A program made the translations under genes and the position numbers. Below are positions 26,222 to 32,715 of a stretch of 37,979 bases of DNA, in pieces. Every line of letters begins with the position of its first letter. The stretch's first letter is position 1. The stretch is taken from the IMG/VR virus record IMGVR_UViG_3300017913_000351, positions 1 through 37,979 of that record. One strand, given 5' to 3'. The DNA is from a virus. Below the pieces are notes generated by a model. The model was not told the origin of the DNA and did no database searches. It saw only the letters and a program-made list of their open reading frames with translations.

Positions 26222-26741
26222 GGACGTCGAGGTAAATGTTGCGGGCACCTCAATTAAGGGTGTTTGGATAGGCATTGTTCTGAGCTTTGGCAGTAGTTTG
26301 GCTGCGGGAATTTATGCGAGCGCAGAGTTTTTTGGCCGACTAGAGGCTCTAGAAGACGCTGTGAGCGGCGCAGAGCAAACGGCCGCTATCTTAGAGGGTA
26401 AGTTCGATTTTCTTGCTGACGCGCAAAATACAAAGCTGCAGGAGTATCAGGTATCAATATCCGGGATGGAGCAGACGCTCCAAGACAATGATATTGCGCA
26501 ACTTGGCGCTAAACTTGCGGAGCTGGGTACGCAGTTAGACGCCATCGTCACTGCGCAGGGCCAGCTCTTAGATATGCGAGAGCGTATAGCTACTATTGAG
26601 CGCACAAACGGCGAGACGGTGCTTACGGTAAAAAACAAAGTAGAGGCACTAGAGCGGTCTGAGACTGTCTTAAAGAGAGTTAATACCGAGATCGAAAATC
26701 TATGGGAGGCATTAGACTCCCTACCATTTAGTAGTGAGTAG
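26208..26741 (+). CDS. Type II membrane protein with a long coiled coil (177 aa). The topology is i-spanin-like, but this is not established.
   Basis: SD gaggagg. One TM segment (VWIGIVLSFGSSLAAGIYASAEFF) is followed by a heptad-rich region. Confidence 0.65.
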   Translation: MAALEDVEVNVAGTSIKGVWIGIVLSFGSSLAAGIYASAEFFGRLEALEDAVSGAEQTAAILEGKFDFLADAQNTKLQEYQVSISGMEQTLQDNDIAQLGAKLAELGTQLDAIVTAQGQLLDMRERIATIERTNGETVLTVKNKVEALERSETVLKRVNTEIENLWEALDSLPFSSE

Positions 26742-26928
26742 TATGAATCAAGCAGAGGAGGCGCTGAAGCGCATCGAGATACACGAGGCTGAATGCAAAA
26801 TGCTGCGAGAGATGATCGATTATCGTCTGGAGCAGGGTCAGCAGCGCTTTAATAAGCTGGAGCGTATGATAATGGCGATGTATCCATTTATGATCGCAGT
26901 GGTCGGTGCAGCGAGCTATTTCGGATGA
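26734..26928 (+). CDS. Small tail-anchored membrane protein (61-64 aa).
   Basis: GTG at 26734 or ATG at 26743. C-terminal TM MIMAMYPFMIAVVGAASYFG. ATGA-coupled to the holin gene. Confidence 0.55.
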   Translation: MSSMNQAEEALKRIEIHEAECKMLREMIDYRLEQGQQRFNKLERMIMAMYPFMIAVVGAASYFG

Positions 26929-27398
26929 ATTTTGACAAGATCAAAGGTTTGGTTGGGAGCTTAGCTCCCACGTTAGGTACAGCTCTTGGTGGCCCCGTAG
27001 GTGGCGCTGCAGCCGGGATGTTGGCAGAGGTGCTGGGTTGTGATCCCACGCCACAAAAGATCGAGCGTGCGCTACAGACTGCGACACCGGAGCAGCTAGC
27101 AGAGATTAAGAAGGCTGAGATAGCGTTCGAGACGCGCATGAAAGAGCTGGAGGTCGATGTCTACGCGTTAGAGACGCAAGACGTACAAGATGCTCGCAGA
27201 AACTTCGCGCGTGATTGGACGGCTCGCATCATTGCCTTAGCGATGGTGTTTTTCTTCTGTGGCTACATAGCGATGATTACGATCATGCCGCCAGAGCAAA
27301 ACAGTATGGAGCTGATAAACCTCGTGCTGGGCTACATGGGCGGGCTAGTTTCCGCGGTAGTGAGCTTCTATTTTGGCAGTAGTCAGGGCCGGGAATGA
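26925..27398 (+). CDS. Holin, GTA_holin_3TM/DUF3154-like (157 aa).
   Basis: Soluble N-terminal half, then hydrophobic helices IIALAMVFFFCGYIAMITIM and LINLVLGYMGGLVSAVVSFYF. The overall pattern resembles the GTA-type holin family. ATGA-coupled to the endolysin. Confidence 0.6.
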   Translation: MNFDKIKGLVGSLAPTLGTALGGPVGGAAAGMLAEVLGCDPTPQKIERALQTATPEQLAEIKKAEIAFETRMKELEVDVYALETQDVQDARRNFARDWTARIIALAMVFFFCGYIAMITIMPPEQNSMELINLVLGYMGGLVSAVVSFYFGSSQGRE

Positions 27399-27820
27399 TG
27401 AACGAAAAGCTCATACAGCAATTGAAGCTGCACGAAGGCGTTCGCACTCACGTATACAAGTGTAGCGCCGGTCTCGAAACGATTGGTGTTGGTCGCTGTA
27501 TCGCGCCCGAGTCGCTAGGCTTGTCGCAAGATGAAATTGAGTACCTGCTCAATAATGACATCAAGCGGTGCTACCGGGAGCTTTTGATCTTCCCGTGGTT
27601 TGTTGATCTCGATACGGTACGGCAAGATGCGATGGTTAACCTCTGCTTCAATCTTGGCATCACCCGTCTAAAGCAATTCAGCAACGCGCTAAGCAGCATG
27701 GAAGTAGGTGCATACTCCGATGCGGCAGAGCATTTTCTGGACTCCCGGTGGGCGCGACAGGTCGGCAAGCGCAGCGAAGACGTTGCACATATGATACGCA
27801 CGGGCACGTACCCAGAATAA
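27395..27820 (+). CDS. Endolysin, GH24 T4-lysozyme-like muramidase (141 aa).
   Basis: LKLHEGVRTHVYKCSAGLETIGVGR aligns with T4L [25 protein letters not shown]. Catalytic Glu and Thr are conserved; the Asp20 position is Cys. Confidence 0.85.
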   Translation: MMNEKLIQQLKLHEGVRTHVYKCSAGLETIGVGRCIAPESLGLSQDEIEYLLNNDIKRCYRELLIFPWFVDLDTVRQDAMVNLCFNLGITRLKQFSNALSSMEVGAYSDAAEHFLDSRWARQVGKRSEDVAHMIRTGTYPE

Positions 27821-27825
27821 AAACC

Positions 27826-27842
27826 GTTGCAATACTTGCAAC
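27826..27842. promoter_or_regulatory. Perfect palindrome GTTGCAA-TAC-TTGCAAC, a candidate operator overlapping the -35 element.
   Basis: 7-bp arms with a 3-bp spacer. The right arm contains the -35 hexamer of the predicted early promoter. Confidence 0.6.
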
Positions 27843-27864
27843 ACTCTCCCCGATAGCCTAATAT
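27836..27864 (+). promoter_or_regulatory. Sigma70-type early promoter.
   Basis: TTGCAA, a 17-nt spacer, then TAATAT. It sits in the 79-nt gap after the lysis genes, about 36 nt upstream of the first early gene. Confidence 0.65.
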
Positions 27865-27899
27865 TCCTTTGTGCAATTCCGCACTTAGGGAGACAGGCT

Positions 27900-28106
27900 A
27901 TGAGTTTCAACACACAAATAGGTCAGTACGAAGAGATCATCGAAAAGCTCGAAGATCTCATGACCGAAGTTCACAAGGCTGATCTGCATTTCGGGCTCAC
28001 CGATGTGCAAGGTCAGATGCAAGTTCAGCTCCGTGATTGGTACAACTACACCACGGGCGAATTGCTCGATCTCGAAAGTCGCTATGTAGGAGAGAGAGAT
28101 GAGTAA
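27900..28106 (+). CDS. Small acidic early protein (68 aa).
   Basis: SD TTAGGGAGA lies 6 nt upstream. First gene after the early promoter. Net charge is about -10. Confidence 0.7.
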   Translation: MSFNTQIGQYEEIIEKLEDLMTEVHKADLHFGLTDVQGQMQVQLRDWYNYTTGELLDLESRYVGERDE

Positions 28107-28431
28107 GTTCACCGAACCTAAGCTGATATCGCAAGAAGAGATGGATGCACTGCATGGCAGTATTGAGGCCTTGCAGGCGCTATCCGCATACAGCAAGCCC
28201 GCTGCTGTACGAATCCAAGAAGCTGAAATGCACGCTCGTGCTCAAGACTACATAGAGGTCGCTGAGCAAGACTATATTCGAGGCTGGACGGATTGCGAGA
28301 TCGGCAAAAGTCATTTAGATGCAAGTGATGCATACAACGCAGGTTATGGCGACTGTTATGAGTATGAACAGCGTCAAAACATCGAGCCAGTAATTGGTTC
28401 TTACGAAGAAATGTCTAAGGGAGACAAATAA
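28099..28431 (+). CDS. Small acidic early protein (110 aa).
   Basis: Its start overlaps the upstream gene. Net charge is about -12. Confidence 0.7.
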   Translation: MSKFTEPKLISQEEMDALHGSIEALQALSAYSKPAAVRIQEAEMHARAQDYIEVAEQDYIRGWTDCEIGKSHLDASDAYNAGYGDCYEYEQRQNIEPVIGSYEEMSKGDK

Positions 28432-29186
28432 TGGAAGTAACATTTAAAGAGTTATCCGAAATCGATTGTTCTGAGTACATCGAAAAACGGCCTCAAGGTA
28501 AAAAAGATCTGAGCTACATATCGTGGTCAGACGCGTGGCAGTTACTTAAAGAGAATTGCCCGGATGCAACCTACGAGCATCACCCATGGCAGACCCTGCC
28601 GTCCGGTGAGGTGATGTGCTACTGCTCTGTGACTGTGGGCGGTGTTTCGCATACAGCTCACTTGCCAGTGCTCGACGGCTTTCGGCCGGTAGTAAATCCT
28701 AATGCTTTCGAGATCAACAGGACGATGCAGCGATGCTTTGCAAAGGCGATCGGTATGCATGGCCTCGGTCTCTACATTTACCGGGGAGAAGATCTGCCGC
28801 CATCGGAGACGATGTATGAGCTTGCAATGCAGCATCTCGAAGAGAGCGAGTACGAGGCTGCTATGTGGTATATGCAGCTATCCGAACAGGACCAAGGTCT
28901 TGTCAAGAAAACCGCACCTCAGGGCAAGAAAACAGAGATCCAAAATCGCTTGAGGGACGTCGTCAGCGCTGCTCACGATGTTCTCGATGCAGCGGCTATG
29001 GACATCAATAAGTATTTTGGTGCCGATGACATCCCCGGGGTCGCTCAGGTTTGGAATGAGCTAACGGTGTTTGAGAAGGGCCTAGTTTTTGCGCGACTGG
29101 GCGGTGAAGGCCAAGAGAAGCTAAACGCGCTGCTGAACAAGGGCGTAGCACAAGAGGAGGCGACCGATGTCGAGGGGACTGAATAA
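28431..29186 (+). CDS. sak: Single-strand annealing protein, Rad52-like Sak/DUF1071 family (251 aa).
   Basis: Matches the DUF1071 pattern as I remember it: LSYISWSDAWQLLKENCPDATYE....VGGVSHTAHLPVLD.....NPNAFEINRTMQRCFAKAIGMHGLGLYIYRGEDLP. Confidence 0.7.
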   Translation: MEVTFKELSEIDCSEYIEKRPQGKKDLSYISWSDAWQLLKENCPDATYEHHPWQTLPSGEVMCYCSVTVGGVSHTAHLPVLDGFRPVVNPNAFEINRTMQRCFAKAIGMHGLGLYIYRGEDLPPSETMYELAMQHLEESEYEAAMWYMQLSEQDQGLVKKTAPQGKKTEIQNRLRDVVSAAHDVLDAAAMDINKYFGADDIPGVAQVWNELTVFEKGLVFARLGGEGQEKLNALLNKGVAQEEATDVEGTE

Positions 29187-29592
29187 GGTACAGGTCATAG
29201 GTCGTTTGGGCCAAGATCCCGAGGTTAGGACTACGCCAAGCGGTACGACGGTTGCTAACTTCTCTCTGGCTGTAAATGAGAAGCGCAAAGACCCGTCTGG
29301 GCAGTGGGTAGACCACGTCGAGTGGATTAACTTCATTGCCTTTAACAAAAGCGCAGAGCTGATTTCGCAGTTCTGTAGCAAGGGTGATCAAGTCTATATG
29401 GAAGGCAAGCTGCAGACGCGCAGCTATGAAAAGAATGGTGAGAAGCGGTACTCGACTGAGGTCGTCGTTGATAGCCATATTTTTATGTTTGACAAAAAGC
29501 AGCAAGCTCCAGCCCCGGCACCTGCTCCAGCCCCGGCTCCAGTAGCGCCGCCACAACCTCAAGGGTTCCCAGATGACGACATCCCCTTCTAA
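29167..29592 (+). CDS. ssb: Single-stranded DNA-binding protein (141 aa).
   Basis: OB-fold N-terminus NKVQVIGRLGQDPEVRTTPSG..VANFSLAV, an (AP)n linker and the canonical acidic tail DDDIPF. Confidence 0.92.
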   Translation: MSRGLNKVQVIGRLGQDPEVRTTPSGTTVANFSLAVNEKRKDPSGQWVDHVEWINFIAFNKSAELISQFCSKGDQVYMEGKLQTRSYEKNGEKRYSTEVVVDSHIFMFDKKQQAPAPAPAPAPAPVAPPQPQGFPDDDIPF

Positions 29593-29824
29593 ATTGGCAG
29601 CAGAGCGATTCTGTGAGCTTCTGAGGGATTCCTCTGACTCGTCAGGCTTGCACCTAGCACGGCAGCTCGGTGTGCCTAGATCGACGATATGGCGCTGGAA
29701 ACAGCGCCTAGATTCCGTGGATACAATCGGAATGTTGGCGGACTACTTCAAAACAACACCATCAGACTTTCTAAAGGGAGAAAGATATGAGCAACACAAA
29801 CAACCAAAAAAAGCGAATCCTTAA
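29573..29824 (+). CDS. Cro/XRE-type HTH regulator (83 aa).
   Basis: LARQLGVPRSTIWRWKQ ... LADYFKTTPSDFL is typical of HTH_3-type proteins. Confidence 0.6.
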   Translation: MTTSPSKLAAERFCELLRDSSDSSGLHLARQLGVPRSTIWRWKQRLDSVDTIGMLADYFKTTPSDFLKGERYEQHKQPKKANP

Positions 29825-30020
29825 GTTTCTTGAGGAAGGCGGTGTACTCGACAGGGTCGTCGCCTATTACGAGCTGGGCATATGGGAGGCACCAGCACGC
29901 ATCTGGGATCTCCGGGATGACGGCCATGACATTCACACCGAGATGGTGGAGGTCACTAACAGATTCGGGGAAACGACTCGCATCGCAAATTGGACGCTAA
30001 AAAATAAGGCCCCCAAATAG
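29787..30020 (+). CDS. Winged-helix/HTH protein (77 aa), HTH_39-like.
   Basis: SD agggaga. The pattern KRILKFLEEGG.....A..ELGIW.APARIWDLRDDGHDI resembles small phage HTH proteins. Confidence 0.5.
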   Translation: MSNTNNQKKRILKFLEEGGVLDRVVAYYELGIWEAPARIWDLRDDGHDIHTEMVEVTNRFGETTRIANWTLKNKAPK

Positions 30021-30028
30021 GGGGCCTT
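30006..30028. other. GC-rich hairpin AAGGCCCCC-AAATA-GGGGGCCTT overlapping the stop codon.
   Basis: 9-bp stem. An A-run lies upstream (a T-run on the minus strand) and there is no T-run downstream on the + strand. Confidence 0.6.
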
Positions 30029-30084
30029 AAGGGAGTCTTGTCTTGACTAAGGGAGGTCGTGACAAGTAGTCTGAAGTCGGCTAA

Positions 30085-30149
30085 CAAACAGACAGGGTAA
30101 GTATACACGTTAACAAGTGTTAATGCCCGTACCTTCCTGTTTGCTTTTT
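30085..30149 (+). terminator. Long imperfect hairpin plus T5: a candidate intrinsic terminator or structured RNA.
   Basis: CAAACAG (30085-91) pairs with CTGTTTG (30137-43). Inner helix AGGGTA/TACCTT, an apical TTAACA..TGTTAA palindrome, then cTTTTT. Confidence 0.4.
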
Positions 30150-30344
30150 AGTCAGAGATCACTGGGCGTTAGATCGAGGAACCTAAGAACCTCGGAGACG
30201 ACGATACCTGAGAGTGTATGCGCCCCGCAGGCCGAGAGCAGGTCAAGCGGATAGATGTCAAGATTCGATACAGTGATCAACGCTCGTCATTTTTAAACAA
30301 ATAATTTTGTCGCGGCTTGCTGCGACATATAAGGTGAAGTGTGG

Positions 30345-30719
30345 ATGATTATTTTAAAAAACGGAACGTACTACCAACCAACTGATGAGGACATCATCAA
30401 GTGGCAACGAGCTTACGAGAACATCAATGTTCACAAAGAGCTGGAAGCTATTGCTAACTGGTGTGACGCAAACCCAGCAAAAAGAAAGACGAATGGTGCT
30501 CGGTTCTGTGTTAACTGGCTCAAGCGAGCTAACGATGGCGGAGGGTCACCGTTTGCCAAGAAGCAGTCAGAGCAAACTGGTACAATTAGCACCCGGGATA
30601 TGGAGCTTGAGGATGAGCTGTATCACGACTTTCTGGGGACGCATCAGGAATATTTTCTCACTAAGTACGGCCGCTGTTTCACCAAGGCCGGGGAGAGGGT
30701 AACTCGTGAACAGTCATAA
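30345..30719 (+). CDS. Conserved early protein (124 aa), possibly replication-associated.
   Basis: SD aaggtg lies upstream of ATG 30345; the track starts at GTG 30339. The motif ANWCDANPAKRKTNGARFCVNWLKRA recurs in phage replication-module proteins, from memory. Confidence 0.6.
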   Translation: MIILKNGTYYQPTDEDIIKWQRAYENINVHKELEAIANWCDANPAKRKTNGARFCVNWLKRANDGGGSPFAKKQSEQTGTISTRDMELEDELYHDFLGTHQEYFLTKYGRCFTKAGERVTREQS

Positions 30720-31092
30720 TTGGGTAGTAAATAACGAGCTGCAAGCGCGTGAGCTGTGTAACTACATCATGGCGAACGTCGATAAAAAGCTTACCTACAC
30801 GATCAAGCCAGAGCAGCGTACAGCGCAGCAAAACAGAGCTATACACGCGTACTGCAGACACGTAGCCCGGGACATGGAGGCGCATGGCATCGATATGCTA
30901 GAGGCGCTTACCTTGCCGATCTCACCAACAATGGAGACGGTCAAGATGCTTATGTGGGGGAGAATACAAAAGGTGATGTTCGATAAAGACAGCACTGCAG
31001 AGTTAGAGCCAGCCGAGGTAGATCAAATCTATCAGGTCATGGCGCGCCACCTGATCACAGCTCATGGCATCGATATACCGTTCGGTCGATGA
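30706..31092 (+). CDS. ninB: NinB/Orf-like recombination mediator (128 aa), GTG start.
   Basis: TYTIKPEQRTAQQNRAIHAYCRHVARDMEAHG aligns with lambda Orf VVTIQERNRSLDQNRKLWACLGDVSRQVEWHG. SD ggagagg. Confidence 0.6.
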   Translation: MNSHNWVVNNELQARELCNYIMANVDKKLTYTIKPEQRTAQQNRAIHAYCRHVARDMEAHGIDMLEALTLPISPTMETVKMLMWGRIQKVMFDKDSTAELEPAEVDQIYQVMARHLITAHGIDIPFGR

Positions 31093-31283
31093 AACCAAAA
31101 AGACGCTGCATCCACTGTAACGGTGCGATGATCCCCTTCTTCTACAATAAGCAGCCGTACCGATTGCAGGGCTTTAAATGCACCTGCGGAGTATGGGAGG
31201 CTGCAGTCTCTGATGAAAAACGGTGGACAATCGATGATTTCAAAACCAAAACCGAAAGCGAAGAAACAGAAGAGCGTAGCTAA
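31089..31283 (+). CDS. Zinc-ribbon ORF (64 aa) resembling the N-terminal part of NinG.
   Basis: ATGA-coupled to ninB. KRRCIHCNG...FKCTCG resembles the lambda NinG N-terminus (RRKCKVCG...). It overlaps the next ORF by 71 nt in a different frame. Confidence 0.5.
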   Translation: MKPKRRCIHCNGAMIPFFYNKQPYRLQGFKCTCGVWEAAVSDEKRWTIDDFKTKTESEETEERS

Positions 31284-31671
31284 ACTCCGGGATGAAGCGG
31301 CCGTTTTGCTGCAGAAGCTTGTGCGCATGAAGGCTGCAGATGCGGACGGCATAGCCCAGTGCGTAACGTGCGGCAAAAAGCAGCACTATAAAGAGATGGA
31401 TGGCGGACATTTCATAAGCCGCAAATGGACTGCCACCAAGCTCGTCGAGGAAAACATCCACGTGCAGTGCAAAGGCTGCAATCAATACGCTAGCGGCCGG
31501 TACGATGACTACTCGCTATATATGGTCGATACGTATGGCATCGAGATGGTGCGAGAGCTAAATGAGAAGAAGCGTGCGCTCTGTAAACAGAACCGCATCG
31601 AGCTTGAAGAGATGAAGTTAGAGCTACGCAGTCGCATCCGAGAACAAGAAAAACGTCTAGAGGGCGCATAG
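31213..31671 (+). CDS. ninG: NinG/Rap-like recombination endonuclease, C-terminal portion or short form (152 aa; an alternative in-frame ATG at 31234 gives 145 aa).
   Basis: The motifs CVTCGKK....DGGHFISRKW....EENIHVQCKGCNQ..SG match the NinG family pattern. Confidence 0.7.
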   Translation: MKNGGQSMISKPKPKAKKQKSVAKLRDEAAVLLQKLVRMKAADADGIAQCVTCGKKQHYKEMDGGHFISRKWTATKLVEENIHVQCKGCNQYASGRYDDYSLYMVDTYGIEMVRELNEKKRALCKQNRIELEEMKLELRSRIREQEKRLEGA

Positions 31672-31682
31672 GGGGTTGCAGA

Positions 31683-31725
31683 CTGTCTCATATTTTGAGA
31701 CACTATGTGTGTCGGGGATGTCCCG
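31683..31725 (+). promoter_or_regulatory. Conserved 43-nt regulatory element, copy A (two hairpins), 67 nt upstream of ATG 31750.
   Basis: 40/43 identical to 33220..33262. Contains GTCTCA-TATTT-TGAGAC and CGGGG-ATG-TCCCG. Confidence 0.7.
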
Positions 31726-31749
31726 TCGAGTCTTAAGGGAGACTACACA

Positions 31750-32160
31750 ATGGCTAACACTTACAAAATCATCATCGCTCAACTTCACGCTGCGGAGCGT
31801 GAGCTTTTCGAAATGGATATTGACCGTGAGACTGCAAACGCTGTCGTTGCGGCTTGGCCTGAGATCGACGCCGACGTCGATGCATGGTCTGACTATTATC
31901 AGAACAATCAGCAGGCAATCCGGGCACATAACCTTTACGGCAAGATCGATGGCCTCAAGCAGACTCTTGAGACGCCACTTGCAATGCCTCTTACTCGCTA
32001 CGTCATCACTGACGGACCTCTTGTATCGCCTGCTGGCTTTTCTATGGACTCTGGCGTCTATGTCCGCAATGACCATTGGATCGAAACCGATCGTCTGCCG
32101 CGCCATTGGGATGGCAAGGCTTACGACATGGAAAAAGTTCGCAAGGAAATGGCCGCATAA
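31750..32160 (+). CDS. ORFan early protein (136 aa).
   Basis: SD aagggaga lies 7 nt upstream of ATG 31750. The track ORF starts at 31705, inside the regulatory element. Confidence 0.65.
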   Translation: MANTYKIIIAQLHAAERELFEMDIDRETANAVVAAWPEIDADVDAWSDYYQNNQQAIRAHNLYGKIDGLKQTLETPLAMPLTRYVITDGPLVSPAGFSMDSGVYVRNDHWIETDRLPRHWDGKAYDMEKVRKEMAA

Positions 32161-32185
32161 GCGGCCTTCACTTAGGGAGATAGAA

Positions 32186-32485
32186 ATGGCTAACAAAGTA
32201 ACTTATGAATGGCGCGTCAACTTGTGTGACGAGTACGGCGACATCGAAGACTTTTATGTGTTCGATACCTACGCAGAGGCCCGAGAGCATGAGCGTCAGA
32301 CCCACGCACACGGCATTGACCTGCGGCAGTACACAGAGATCGAGCTTGGTCGTGATGAGTGGTGTGAGGATAACGGACTGCAGGACCGCGGGTACGCAAC
32401 CGTCAGTGATGACGGCGCACTACCTGAGCGCTTCTGCTGTGGTAACAAGGTTCCAGCTTACAAGAAGGCGGAGGTGCGACGATGA
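32186..32485 (+). CDS. ORFan early protein (99 aa).
   Basis: SD CACTTAGGGAGA lies 5 nt upstream. This is the C-terminal third of the spurious 269-aa track ORF 31676..32485. Confidence 0.65.
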   Translation: MANKVTYEWRVNLCDEYGDIEDFYVFDTYAEAREHERQTHAHGIDLRQYTEIELGRDEWCEDNGLQDRGYATVSDDGALPERFCCGNKVPAYKKAEVRR

Positions 32486-32715
32486 GCGACGGCAGCCTTA
32501 AAAACGTAATTCGTACATTGGAGTATGCCGGGCACCGGGCATCTATTTGCCGCGGCCCCGGTAACGCAATGTCCGTTCACAGATATAAAGGTGACGACTG
32601 GCTCGGCTCCAAGGTTTTCAATCGCAACCCGTACAGCTCTGCGTGGGGTCATCGCATGGTGGTTGAGCGTTATGCGGAGCAGTTTGTGTTTGGCGTACTA
32701 GAGGAGTCAGAGTAA
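32482..32715 (+). CDS. ORFan early protein (77 aa).
   Basis: ATGA-coupled upstream and TAATG-coupled downstream. Confidence 0.6.
   Translation: MSDGSLKNVIRTLEYAGHRASICRGPGNAMSVHRYKGDDWLGSKVFNRNPYSSAWGHRMVVERYAEQFVFGVLEESE

Noticed and set aside
27826-27842. Hairpin-type promoters of the N4 virion-RNAP kind (27826, 31685, 33222).
   Set aside because: No phage RNA polymerase gene is present. The only giant ORF is clearly a fibre. The 27836 site fits a normal sigma70 promoter.
29506-29541. 18-nt tandem duplication (gctccagccccggcacct x2) as a non-coding repeat.
   Set aside because: It encodes the (AP)n flexible linker of SSB, which is ordinary low-complexity coding sequence.
30218-30304. 28-aa ORF in the 318-bp intergenic region.
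   Set aside because: It has no convincing SD. The region is better explained as structured non-coding DNA or RNA.
30340-30348. DnaA-box-like TGTGGATGA (8/9 match to TGTGGATAA) at the start of gene 30345.
   Set aside because: It is a single copy overlapping a start codon, and I saw no cluster of boxes. It is likely chance.
31676-32485. 269-aa + strand ORF and 179-aa minus-strand ORF (31657..32196) spanning the same region.
   Set aside because: The 269-aa ORF begins inside the conserved non-coding element and runs in a frame lacking an SD. Its last 99 codons form a separate gene with a perfect CACTTAGGGAGA SD (32186). The region 31750..32160 is better explained by the 136-aa gene with its own SD.
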